A model generated the notes under the pieces. That model had not been told where the DNA came from and made no database searches. It saw nothing but the letters and a program-made list of their open reading frames with translations. A DNA stretch of 64,000 nucleotides. Origin: Octopus sinensis. Its lineage: Eukaryota. Shown one piece after another: positions 35,521-47,758 of this stretch (position 1 is the stretch's first letter; every line of letters starts with the position of its first letter). The stretch is from positions 969,806 to 1,033,805 of the forward strand of contig NW_021832231.1 in assembly GCF_006345805.1 (NCBI RefSeq). Reading direction: 5' to 3'. A program made the position numbers and the translations under genes.

Positions 35521-38380
35521 CTATGAAACAAAGTTGTTGCAAACAATTGTTTTTCAGGAAAAACGGCCGTAGATAGTACCTTCCTCCGAGTTATGTCCTC
35601 ACTGTTTCAGAGGAGGTAGTCAAGTTTGGTTTTTTGGTAGAAATAGATTTACTCCGATTAGAAATTCCTTGATAAATTTGCCTTCTGTAAATGGTTTTAT
35701 TTGTGTTGCAATTATCTTTGAAATTTTGTGACTATACGTGTGATATCGCCATTTTTACAACTCAATTATTTCATAAACTCTTCTGCTTTGCTCCCTTATG
35801 CTTGGGGTCTCGTACCGTTCGATTGCGGGATGGCCGACAGGTATCACCAGCCCAGCGGATTAAAGACGCTTGTTCCTGTTTTGTTCATTCAGATTTTGAC
35901 CCGGACTGGCTGTCTGTTGGCCTCTTATCTTCCAAACCCCAGAACGTGGAGTCCTGTGCCTCTACGCACGACACGGATTGTTCTTTCATGATACGGGCAG
36001 TTAAAAGTAAACTTATGCAAGGGGACGTCAGTGGGGCAGTCCGGGTGATCTCTTCAAACACGCCCGTGGCGCCTCCTTCAGAGGCCGTGTACTTGGAATT
36101 GTGCCACAAGCATCCTAGTGCCCCTGAAAATCTTCGATTAACGTCCAATCCGTGCTCGGCCGATGTCCCCCATACGACTAACTCCGAGGTCTCAGCTGCT
36201 TTGTCGTCCTTCCCGCTCAGCAGCAGTGGAGGCATTGACGGAATAAAGCCCATACATCTGAGGGACCTTATATCTCCTTTGACTGCCGACTCGGGCCGTG
36301 CTCTCCTGGATTCGATCAATCGGCTTTGCTCTCGAATTGTCACGGGCGCCATCCCTGCTGTTGCGAGGGATCTCCTATTTTCGGCCAATCTAACAGCTCT
36401 CCGTAAGAGTGATGGCGGTTTACGGCCAATTGCAGTTGGTAATGTCTTCAGACGCCTTGCTGCCAAAATAATGTCACGTCGTGTTATTCCGCAATTGTGT
36501 CGGGAATTCTTGCCATTCCAGTTCGGCGTTGGTGTTAAAGGGGCCTGTGAAGCACTAGCTCACGCCTCTCGCCAGGTGACTATTTCGAAACCGAAGAATG
36601 TACCCTTCTTGCTTAAGCTCGATGTCAAGAATGCTTTTAATAGTGTCAGAAGAGACCACATGCTTGAGGCTGTTGGTGAACGTTGCCCTGATCTTCTCCC
36701 AATTGTATCCTTGGCCTATTCCTTGCCGAGCAGCTTACTTTTTTTCCGGAAAAGTTATCAACTCTGAGTGTGGAATCCAACAGGGCGACCCCCTCGGTCC
36801 TCTACTATTCGCTGTCTGTGTTGATCACGTTGCACGTGGCATTTCTTCGCCTATCAATTTTTGGTATTTGGATGACGTCACTCTTGGTGGGTCTTTAGAA
36901 GTCATTATGGACGACGCCTCGAAGATAATATCTGAATTTTGAAGATTGGCCTTTCTCTAAATGGTGCAAAATGTGAACTAATCGGACTTACGGAGCGCGC
37001 TAACCAACAGAGTGAGGTTTTTATGGCCCTTTCGGAGAAAATTGACGGCCTTCGTATAACCGCTCTCGCGGATCTTGTGATTCTGGGTTCACCGATTTCT
37101 GATAAGGGAATTGCGAAGGCTATCGTTTCACAACGAGATAAGATTGCTCCTCTCTGCGACCGATTACGACTGTTTGGCTCCCATCTGGGCTGTTTTTGCT
37201 GAAAAATTTCTTTTTATCCCCCGTTTAACCTTTTGCTCCGAACGTCTCCTTGTTTTCGCTCACGTCAAGAACTTTTGGATTTGGATGACGCGGTTACATC
37301 ATCATTACAGTTACTACTGAACACTTTGTTCACTGACGTGGGACGTACACGTGCCGCACTTCCACTCCGCTTTGGTGGCCTTGGGGTTCGTTCTTGTGCA
37401 GATCTTGCTTTGCCTTGTTATCTCTCGTCGATGTCTGCTTCCGGCAATTTCGTTCGCTCTGTTCTTATCAACTCACTCGAACTTGATGAGCTTACGGAAT
37501 ACCCTGTTGCTGTTCTCGCCTGGAGATCGCTCGGACTTGGCCTTCCGGAGATTCCTTCAATACAGAAGAGTTGGGATGTCATCTGGTGCACACACCTGTT
37601 GGAGAGTCTTCGCACACGAGTCGACCAGTTGGAACTGGCTTCTTTGAACTGTGCCTGTCAGCCTCACTCAGGAGACTGGCTAAACGCACTTCCGTTGGCG
37701 TCCAATGGTCTGCTTATGGAGAGACGAAACTATACGTATCGGAGTGTGTCTTCGACTTGGACTTGAAATCTGCCAACCTCACCGTTGTCGCTGTGGTTTT
37801 TTGATTCCTTCGAACGGTTTACACGCATTGTCCTGTAGGAGAAGTGCTGGCCGATTTCCCCGCCACGTCCTCCTCAATGAAGTGGTGAAAAGGGCTTTGG
37901 ATTCTGCGGGATTCCCATCGACCCTTGAACCCATTGGGCTCTGCCGCAGTGACGGAAAGCGTCCTGACGGGATGACTATATTCCCCTTTAGAGGAGGAAG
38001 GTCTCTTGTTTGGGATGTAACTTGCGTCGACTCCTTTTCAGATACTGTGCTCACAGGAACAGCCAGTACACCAGGCTACGCATGTGCGCTGGCAGAAGAA
38101 AGGAAGTTGACGAAGTACGCTGTGCTTCCGAACGTCGTTGAGTTTGTCCCCCTAGCCTTTGAGACCTCCGGTGTGGTTGGAAAGAAGGTAGAAAATCTGT
38201 TACGGGTTGTGGGAGGAAGAATCTCACAGAATACAAATGACCGGAGGGAGACGAGCTGGCTTTTCCAGCGCATCTCGGTTGCAATTCTTCGCGGGAACTG
38301 CCTCTCTATCCGCAGTGCTTCGTCGTCGGACTAACCCTCAAGTTCACGACATTAATTCTCTACTAACATATTTATCATTG

Positions 38381-38413
<33 letters not shown>
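35520..38413 (+). mobile_element. Near full-length CRE-clade retrotransposon, second subfamily, frameshifted
   Basis: GGLRPIAVGNVFRRLAAK, KLDVKNAFNSV, GIQQGDPLGP, WYLDDV, CRCG...H...C, DGKRPDG, WDVTCVDS; long poly(A) 38387-38413. Confidence 0.92.
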
Positions 38414-38949
38414 TTATTTCATTTTATTTCAATCCGTATCTCAAATCCGCGGCCGAACCATCAACACTGAAACCGTGTGCAATGCATGTCACAAACACAA
38501 TGGACGATAGCATGGTCTTGTTTGCTCAACTCACGGGTGCTACTCCCACTAATCCTATGTAGGGCCTACTCTAAATCTTTAGCACTTATTTTCGAATTCA
38601 ACTAAGGAGAGTGCGAAATCGTGAACATTAACAAAGAAGAATTTATTTTTAAAAAATGACGTACAGAACTGTGGTCTGGATGCATTTTCTACTTTAAAAA
38701 AGGCTATATTTGAATCCTCTATATTTAAGAGAGGGCCAAGGCTGCCGTAAAGGCCAAGGTATCCGAATTTTCCCGCCTTTCCCAAAAGTTACGCTATGAA
38801 GACAGTCATATTGGACTCCTTCTACTGAGGAATTAACTATCTATCCCAAGGGGAACTTATATGTTGAAAACGGCCAAGTGCTATAAAGCAATCAATTTAC
38901 CAGAAGATTAAGCTGAATACATGAAGACATCCGCATTCTGAACATCTAT

Positions 38950-39470
38950 TTTGATACACAGGCATGGAGACAAGCCACCTCACAGTCTCCCCTGTAGGCA
39001 TTGTCTAATTACTCCAGCTGACTCAGCACACGCGGCGTGTTTTTCAGTGCGCTCGTCCAGAAAATGGTTGACACTGTTGTTCCTCAGCACAATGAACAGA
39101 GGATATCATTCGGCATGGATGGTTTCATTGCCCCTTGGAGAGAACTGGGACTGCCTATTACATCGGATGGAACTCCCCAGTCATAATGGATACCAAAACT
39201 ACATCAAAGCATACTGAGAACTATCGAACGCATGTCAAAGGCCAACTGACATGTTTTAAAATAAGTTTCTACCTCCTGAGCGGTGGGATAACTGGTTGTC
39301 ACCTGAATGACAAACCACCTGAAACCCCTGAAATTCCATTTGAACGGGTCAAAGGGGAGGAAAAGAAAGAGTGCGAGAAGTATGCTGATGTCGGGAATGC
39401 CAGGGTGTTTGTCCCTCTGGCAACGAACGTCTGAACTACTCGAAGCCTCCTCCAAACATCGGGTTACTTA
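38950..39470 (+). pseudogene. Highly degenerate CRE-like remnant
   Basis: GEEKKECEKYADV...VFVPLA resembles the RLE region of the other copies. Confidence 0.45.
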
Positions 39471-39768
39471 TAGAAAAAGTTAGCGGCAATCCATTCAAGC
39501 ACAAGTATCTGCTCAAACTAAATAACCCTTTCATTTTGAATTAAATTATTTTTTAATAAAATTTGTTGACAGGCCAAATTTTTTAGTATTATAAAATTTT
39601 TTGAAAAGCGCAATTTTTTGACCCCTGATTTAAAATAATAATTCTTATTTAAATATTTATTTCAAAATGAAAAATACGAGGGGTGTGGAATAAAACTATT
39701 TGAACAAAGTGCGTGTGTTTATTTGGTTATATAAATTTTATCTTGTATTTTGATCTCGAAATACAAGA

Positions 39769-41377
39769 ATGAGTGACAATGATTCTAATAAATACGGAAT
39801 AATGAACCAAGTGATAAGATACATACTTACATTTACTGAAGAAGGATTAAGCCGCTGTTACTGCAACTCTGCTTCAGCCTATCTTGTATTTCGGTAGATT
39901 CGTTTGTATTAATATTGCAGTCTGGTTCCTATGCTGTGTCGGAAGATAATTTACCGTCTAATGCTTACCAGAGGGTTCGTGAGGGAGGACGTCATTAAAT
40001 CGTGGTTCAGTGGGCATTCTGACGAGTATAAGTGACTTGTATTAAATAAGTGAATTGTCGTCTTCTTTCATGCTGCTTTCACAGCTAAGACTCATTTCCG
40101 GGGACGTGTCTACTGATGATAACTCATCTACCACTACTCTCACTTTGAGTGCCAAATTTAAAAAGAATTTTCTGATTGCAATCCGTGGAGGGTGGTTGGT
40201 CTTGAACTACGATTAGTGGTCCACCGTGGTTTGGTTATTTGGAAGGATCGCCAGAAAGGACCGGAATAGATAATTTAAAGGCATTTGGGGAGCAACAGTG
40301 GAATGTAATGTTATTTGCTTAGTTTAGATTGTACTCACTTATATCATCAATCAGACGAATGAGGACATGTCTAAGGATGTCAAGGATATCATCAAAGTGA
40401 GTCGTCTCGTCGTCCAACAGTATTGTCTTATGTCCTTAGTAAAGGGGGGATGACGGTTTGGGAATTACTATTCATGGATTTAATTTTCTTCTCAAAAGTC
40501 GGTCTCAGCAAGTCCTCGTGCTTTTATTTGGTTATTTACGTTTCGCTGAAAAATGTTCGATGGATGTTATAAACTGTCTCATCTTCCTAATTCAGATGAG
40601 TCTGTCGATTGTGGGAAAGGTTTATCCTTCATTCATTTCACCAGCCTTATCCCACCAGTTCTCTCACCTCCAGTCAAGAAACAATGTTGCGACATCTCCA
40701 TGAGCTGGGACTGGCCTATCATACCTCAGTTCTCTCTATTTTGTATGTTTAGGGGCACTCTCTATTCTACGTGACTCCGATGATTGTCAATGTTTTTACG
40801 GATTCCACCCAAGATCAGTGTTCTGACACAGCTGAAGGGTTTCTTGTTGTAGAAACAAATTTCCGCATTTATTCACATTTCGGTAACTCCATTTAAGTAT
40901 TCCAGCCTCTCCTATTGATGAGGCCATTCTCGGTTTGTTTGTCGAGCTAGAGACAAAACTTCCAGGACTGCTAGTTGGAAATCTTACTCGAAGTAGTGTT
41001 GGAGAAGCTATAAAACATGACATTGACGCTAATCAGATTATTAATTATATGGAAACGCATTCCCGTTTTATCAACGGTGTGAAGGTTCTACTTTTTTATC
41101 TAAAAAAGTGTCCTGTTCCTGTTACAGTCAAACAACAAATTTTGTTGTGGGAATCTGAGAAGAGGAGAATTAAGAGTGTAAATTCTCATTTACTCAGCAA
41201 TTTTGATTCTAAGCTTGATTACCACAATTTGAAGAAATATGCTCAAGTATTGAGTATATTCATGTATAGTCAATTGAAGCTCTCGCCTGGTTTGATGATG
41301 ACAGGACTATTCTTGTTGTCAAGTCTGACGGGTATAAGGCAGTTAAGGAACATTATCTTTCGATTAAAAAGAAATAG
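39769..41377 (+). CDS. GTF2H4: General transcription factor IIH subunit 4 (p52/Tfb2)
   Basis: Spliced: SAYLVFR/LVP...IAIRGG/GPPW...ITIHGFNFLL...LHELGL...GFLVVETNFRIY...VTVKQQILLWESEKRRI; introns of 23-27 nt; TAG 41377. Confidence 0.9.
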
Positions 41378-41869
41378 ATCTTTTCTTTTGATATCATTTT
41401 TGAAAATCCACTTTTTAAAATACTAGTTATATACTATTCGAAAAAAACTTAAGTTCACAAACTTTCAAATAATTTTTATAAAATCAATCTTGTATTTTTT
41501 ATCATTCTCTGTGAATTGTGAATCCCTTAAATTACACAAATATTTCATTAGACTTACATTAATAAACTCTATTCGACTTTATCTTCCGGAAATCATTACT
41601 TGATCTACCTAACCCATACCGTTTCAAAAAGCCCTACGCTTTAAATTTATAATCGCATGTCAGTGATGAAATATCTTTTTGTACGTTTTTTTTGATGACA
41701 ACGTAGGACGTTGCACATTGTCAGAAACTCGCAAATGATATCTTCCTAATCATTCTTGTATCACACTTGGCCTTCTTGCAATTTTTTTGCTGGATTGTAG
41801 CTTTATGAGATATTCGGATGTTTAAGGTAATATTTCACATGCCCTGTTCGTTACCATGCCCCGCTCGTT

Positions 41870-44800
41870 ACCATTATTATTATTATTATAAAGCACTTTC
41901 GAAAAGTCATAAGTTAATTAGCTTTCCTTGTGCCACCATTGAAATTCTCCCGGTCATGCGTCTCCAGGCTCTCCGGTCAGTTGCGATCGTCCTGAGTGAG
42001 TCGAGATCATCGCCATTTTTCAGTTTTTTATTAATTCCAGCTAGATCTTCATTTAGCGTGGTAGCCAGAGTGACCCTGGGTCTTCCACGGAAGTCTCCTT
42101 TGGAATGGGCAAAGTAGTTTTCCATCGCGATATTCGGCGGAGTGAGGCTGTCAAGTCTTAATATGTCACAGGCGCTACCGGTTACCGAGCGCTACGGGTT
42201 ACTGAATGCTCAAATTTAACATTTAAAGAATTTTTTATAAAAATTGAACCTAAATTTTTTTAGTTATTATATTTAAAAGTAAAAATATATAATTTCAATA
42301 TTTTTAAAAGGCGCAGCATTTGATAATTTTTAATAGATAATTTACCATGCGTATTCTATAAAGTTTTCTTGATGCCTCGCTGTTTTGTCAAAACTGTACA
42401 AGAATATGATCATATAGTTAAAATATTGGAAGAGCAGGGGATCATTGGAATATCTAAACAAAAAATACAGATTAACTCGAAAGTCCAAGAATTTTACTTT
42501 CATTACCGGGCGGCTATATCTTAAAGACTCACGTGGAAACCATAAAATAGTCATTTCTGCAGACAATCATGAGGAGATGCAATTAGTGGCTACGCAAATT
42601 CATCAAATGACTCATTGCGGACATAACACGTTGGAAGAGTTTTGTAATCAGAGATATTTTTTTGTTAAACGCGAAATCATCAGGAAAGTAGTATCGGAAT
42701 GTGATATATGTCGATTTGCGACACAACTAAAAATAGTTGATCCTGAAAACCACATTATAGCCTCACAACCAAATGAGAGATTTCAGATAGATCTGATTGA
42801 TCTCAAATGTCCGACGGAACAATGAAAAAAACCCACATGAAACGAATCAAAAAAATAAATAAAGATCAAAAATAATTAAAATTTTAGTTATAATCCATAA
42901 AAAAAGTTTTTTTCAATTTCTGTGTAACGTTATATGAAAATTTTGGAGCCTTAGTGCTTAAACGCCTTATTCTTGAATTAAATGTAGTAGATACATTTAG
43001 AATTGTTTTTATGTAAGATAACAATTATTAAATCTTATAAATATTTTATTTCAATATAGTATTTTTAAAGCAAGGTTTTGTGCATTATAATTTTAACAAT
43101 TAAAAATATCATAAAAAAATTAACTTTTCTTACGTATTTGATCAAATTAAGTATTTTTTATTAAGATACTTTAATACAGTCAAGTTAATTAATAGAGAAT
43201 TATTAAGTATATTAATTTGAAACATAAAATTTCAAGTATTTTTTTCTGATTTTTTTCTAAGTCCACTCGGGTAACCCGTAGCGCTCGGTAATGCCCAGCG
43301 CCTGTGACATAATATGTGTCCAAAGAGTCGCCATCTGGACTCCAGGATGTCCATAGAGATCGGTCTCGAATTGCATCTTTTGTATAGGGTGGAATTTGCT
43401 ATTTTCCTTGAGAATTGCATGTTTATCACTCTTCTCAGTTGGTTCCGATGAAATCGGTCCAAATTGTTCATATCGGTCTTACTGATTCCCCACGTCGATC
43501 CATTGTACATTAGGACTGGGACAACGAATGTGTTGTATATTTTAAGTTTTGTCTTTGAATTTAGCTTCTTTAGGCGCCAGATGTTCATAAACTTATTGTA
43601 TGTGGCAATTGATAGTATTTTTCTGTGCATAATGTCTTCAGAGTCCCCTAAGAGAGATCCGACTTTTTTTTGTCTTCTCCAGGGCTCATCATGAGTTCGT
43701 TCAGATCGAATAAATTTCGTATGTTCAGTTTTATTGTGGTTGATTGTTAGAAACCATTTGGAAAAAATATCTGGTAATGTTTCGATAATAAATCGAAGGG
43801 TTTCAGCATCATCAGATACGAAGTCGACATCATCAGCATATATTATTTCGTTGTATTTAGTGTTGTCCACAAGAGGCCGAAAGTCTCTGAGTGCTGCCTC
43901 TAGGTAGACGATAAAGAGAACTGGGGACAGCGAATCGCCTTGTGGTATGCCCCGTGATGTGTAGAAATAGTTTGACACATTTTACCAAGTTTGGTTGCTA
44001 ATTGAGTGTTCTGAAGAAGCATTAGGATTATTCTGATGTCGTCATGATTTAAGAAGGTCATAAGTATTTCCACAAGTTTAGTTCTGTGAACAGAGTCGAA
44101 TGCTCTGGACATATCGATGCCGAGTATTTCAGTGCAATGTTTATATTTTTGGCATGTGGCAGCTGTCCATCTGTGAGTCCAGATCACATCAGCAGTGGAC
44201 CTGCCAGTTCTAAAGCCACTTTGTCCCGGTGACAGAAAGTTTTCCACCTTGGTTCTTATCCTCTCTAATGCGATCAACGACAGTGTTTTCCGAAGCGTCG
44301 TTAGCAAAATAATAGGTCTTAGGCTGGATAGGGGTCCTTTTTGTTTTCAGTTTCTGTAGAGGAATAACCATCCTTTGCCGAGGTCTAATGGGTTGTTCTG
44401 CTCAAATGCCTTGTTCAGGATATTTGCAGCGATTTCAGCAAACTTCATTGGCGCATATTTTACTAGTTCAGGTGGGATATTGTCCGGTCCCCCAGACCTG
44501 CCGGTTTTCAGTTTCTTCATTGCCTCCAATATTTCGTAAGTGGTTAATGGGGAACTTAGTGCCCCTACAGTATATGGGTAGGGTTTGTATCCTGATTCAT
44601 CCTCCCAGTTAAGCATTTTGTAGTAGTATTCAGATATAGCCTCTACCTTACTCTTGTTGTCAATGATAGCCGCTTCCGTGGGTCCCAAACAGTGATCGAA
44701 TTTGCCTCTTTTTTTTGCTTAGCAGCCTCATTGCCATGAACATTTTCGTGTCGTCCTTTTGTTTTGTTATGTGTTGAAATTGCTCTTCTGTTTCTTTGTA

Positions 44801-46016
44801 CATTAGCAATTTCTGTGTTTTCTTGATATTTAGTAATATCATGTTCCGTAATTTTCGGAGTTCTCTTATTTTTTTCGGGTTGCTGGAGTTTTGTATTTTT
44901 AACCTCAAGGTTTTCTGCCTTTCTGAGAAGGAGCAAATCTCGTTATCGTGAAATTTGTGTTTTTTTCGAGTGAGTCCAACAACATTTACAGCTGTCTTCT
45001 TCATTGCACTGGTCACTGCATCCCAAATCGCATTTGCAGGTTTTGTTGTGTCAATATTGTCGAGTTCTTCCTGTAGTTTGTCTGCATAGTTCTGTTTGAG
45101 TTTTTCATCACGGAATAATTCAAGATTATAGCTTTCTTGTTCATCATGCGTAAGTTTTTTCAGTTTGTTGTATGTCTTGTACAGTCCGATGCTAGTGATT
45201 ACTAGTTTGTGGTCACTATTTGTCTCCAGTCCCCCGTATGAACGTGAATCCACAAGTAGATGTTTATGGGCAGCTTTGCAGAGGATGTAGTCTATTTGAT
45301 TGAATATAGGTATGTAATTTCCATTTGAGTCCTTTCTGGTTCCAGTCCATGTTGTTTTGTGCCTGGCTGGATGACGGAATGCCGTGTTGCATAAGAATAG
45401 GTCTAAATAGGTGCAGAATTGGATCAAGGCAGTTCCAGGCACATTTCTCCGGTTTCTTCCATGGGATCCTATGCATGTTTCTCCGGCCTGGCTTTCCCTG
45501 CTCTGGCGTTCCAATCACCAGCAATGAAACACATATACGAGGATCTGAGTGTGTTGTATAAATTTGTGAGAGTGGAATAGAATTCATCAAGTTCATCCGG
45601 ATTAGCAAGGGCTCTGACTCCAGTTGGCGCGTACACATTAATGATTGTGACGAGGAGTTCGGTTTCGTTCCCCATTTGATTTGGAGTACCGCAATCCTGT
45701 CCGAGACGGACCACACCCGGGATATGTGTTCGTCCAGTTTTCTGTTGATTGCAAACCCAAGGCCGTAGTGACGACAGGTAGTTGGGAGGGTAATTAGTGT
45801 GTAATCGCCTATCTTCGAGCTTCCATGTTCAGTTATTTTCGTCTCTTGTAAGCAGCAGATGGACACCTTGCGTTGTTCCAAATCTCTTGTGAGTTGAAGT
45901 TGTTTATACATGGGATTGAGTCCTCTAACGTTTAGAGTGCCAATTGAGAACGGGCAGCAGATTTCAAGTGTGAGAAAGACATTGGTGCAATAGAGGCACG
46001 TCACCACCTCAACCAA
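41870..46016 (-). mobile_element. RTE-clade LINE, near full length, frameshifted, interrupted by a Ginger-like element
   Basis: APE (IGTLNVRGL, LQETK, AGDWNA, NQIDYI, SDHKLV), RT (QSGFR, DMSRAFDSV, GIPQGDSLSP, YADD), C-terminal RGRPR...W; (TAA)n tail at 41873-41889. Confidence 0.93.
42164..43309 (+). mobile_element. Ginger2/TDD-like DNA transposon, internally deleted
   Basis: TGT...ACA ends, ~39-bp TIRs, 5-bp TSD TAATA at 42159-63 and 43310-14; integrase H2C2 domain (HQMTHCGH...CDIC) and first core strand RFQIDLIDL; no LTRs. Confidence 0.85.
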
Positions 46017-46170
46017 AAAAAAATTTTTAAAATTTCAATTTAAAATATTTAAATGATTGAAATATATTTACTTATTAATTTAAAAATTAATAATATTATG
46101 GATTTTTATTTTTTCAATGCTTAACCATTATCTTAAAAAACAATAAATTAAGCATGCTGTTTTATCTCAT

Positions 46171-46321
46171 GGTTATGGTTGGGTATAGGTTAGGGTTAGG
46201 GTATAGGTTAGGGTTAGGGTGAAGTTAGGGTTTGGGTGAAGGTTAGGGTTTGGGTGAAGGTTAGGTTTGGGTGAAGGTTAGGGTAGGGTGAAGGTTAGGG
46301 ATTGGTTGGGTTTAGGGTTTG
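46171..46321 (+). repeat. Interstitial telomere-like G-rich tract
   Basis: Nine perfect TTAGGG plus variants GGTGAA, GGTTTG and GGTATA; higher-order 18-mer GGTTAGGGTTTGGGTGAA. Confidence 0.85.
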
Positions 46322-46799
46322 AAAAAATTTAAAGTAGAATTTTCGAATGGAGATACAAAGATTGTTCACATGAAAAGAATCAAAAAAGGACAAATTTAAT
46401 TTTTCGTTTTAAACTTCAGATCTATATATGATTTTAAACTAAAAAACTGGATAAAGTTGAGTTTTTTATAAGAGATCTACAGATGATTTTAAAACTTTAT
46501 CTTTTTACATTTCAAAAAATGTTTAAATAAAACTAAAAACTGGTTAGAGTTAATTATAAAACTATCAAATTATGTGCCTTTAAAGCGTTTCACACAATTC
46601 ACATTTTTAAATATGTTTTAATGTGCTTATCAGTCAAAATGGTTTGTTGTATCAAAAATATTTTTAATTTATTTGTTTTAAAGCATCTTTTAGTATATCA
46701 TAATTGTACTCTATTAACCTAATATATAGGTTGAATTTTATGTCGTTGTGATTGATTATTAATTTTTCTAAAAAATTGAAAAATCATTAATCAATTTTT

Positions 46800-47480
46800 T
46801 TTTATCATAAAAGGTAATTGTCAAACTACTAAGTAAAGTCAACAAACTAATAAATTCTCCCAGCGAGACGGAGGGAACAGCTGTTGCCACGCATGACAGC
46901 CAGCAGGATCCTCTGAATGAGGAAAGTAAAATCCCTAGGGTCCTTGGACCGAGAAGAACAAAGATGTCCCAATTTCTTTAGGGAAGTGAGGGTCCCGGAG
47001 CCAAAGACGCCGGAAGTCTCGACAACGATTGGCCAAAACCAAAAGTCATCCATCAAAGACTGATATTTCCGGCACTTCGAAAGCTCAGCCTTATTAGCAC
47101 GAGACCCAGCAAGAGAGGCCGATTCGTTGATGAAAGACTTTGAGAAGGTATCCACACAAGTGGAATCCCAGACCAAAGGTCTCCCAGAATAAAACGAGAA
47201 CAACGTAGAGCCGTCCGCCTTTTTCCCGTCACCACGGTCGAGACCCTTAGGCTCAAGGACAGAAGGGTAGCCGGCTTTTCGAGTGAGTCGAGAAATGATC
47301 TGTTAATCGCCGAATGGCGTGGAATACGACCCGCGCTTTTCTTGCAGGAGAGGGCATGGAGCCCGTATACGTCCATAGTAGATCCGCACCGGCAGGGGTG
47401 GGCTAGAGATCGGAAGTCCGATTATATTAATCATTATTTCTCAGAAATAATCGGAGGTAACGAGTGGGGCATAGTAATCC
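46800..47480 (-). mobile_element. CRE-clade 3' fragment, third subfamily
   Basis: CRCG...YGLHALSCKKSAGRIPRH; LVWDSTCVDT; SKCRKY; ETSGVFG; QRILLAVMRGN. Confidence 0.88.
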
Positions 47481-47758
47481 CTGAGGCATGTGACATAATA
47501 TTTACGGTTTCAACTTTTTCGATTTTTATATCAGTTATATAATCTTCTACCAATCTAATTTGCTTACTAAAATAGATAAAACAAAATATGAATAATTTAA
47601 ATACGGATTAAAGAAATAGTGAATTAGTAACTTAAATTTGACGAATTTGGTTAGAAGTGAATTTCCCTGTGGTACTATATAAACATTTTTTACTTTTTTT
47701 AAAACATCCGAGAGATTTTGAACTTGTCAAATTGTGATTCGTTTTTCTATAATATAAA

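Noticed and set aside
38430-38462. tRNA-like 3' end (TCAAATCC...ACCA)
   Set aside because: No D arm, anticodon arm or acceptor stem can be formed upstream, which is poly(A) and AT-rich.
42445-42825. LTR (Gypsy) retrotransposon integrase
   Set aside because: No LTRs, gag, RT or RNase H; the ORF is bounded by inverted repeats and a 5-bp TSD, which fits Ginger2/TDD.
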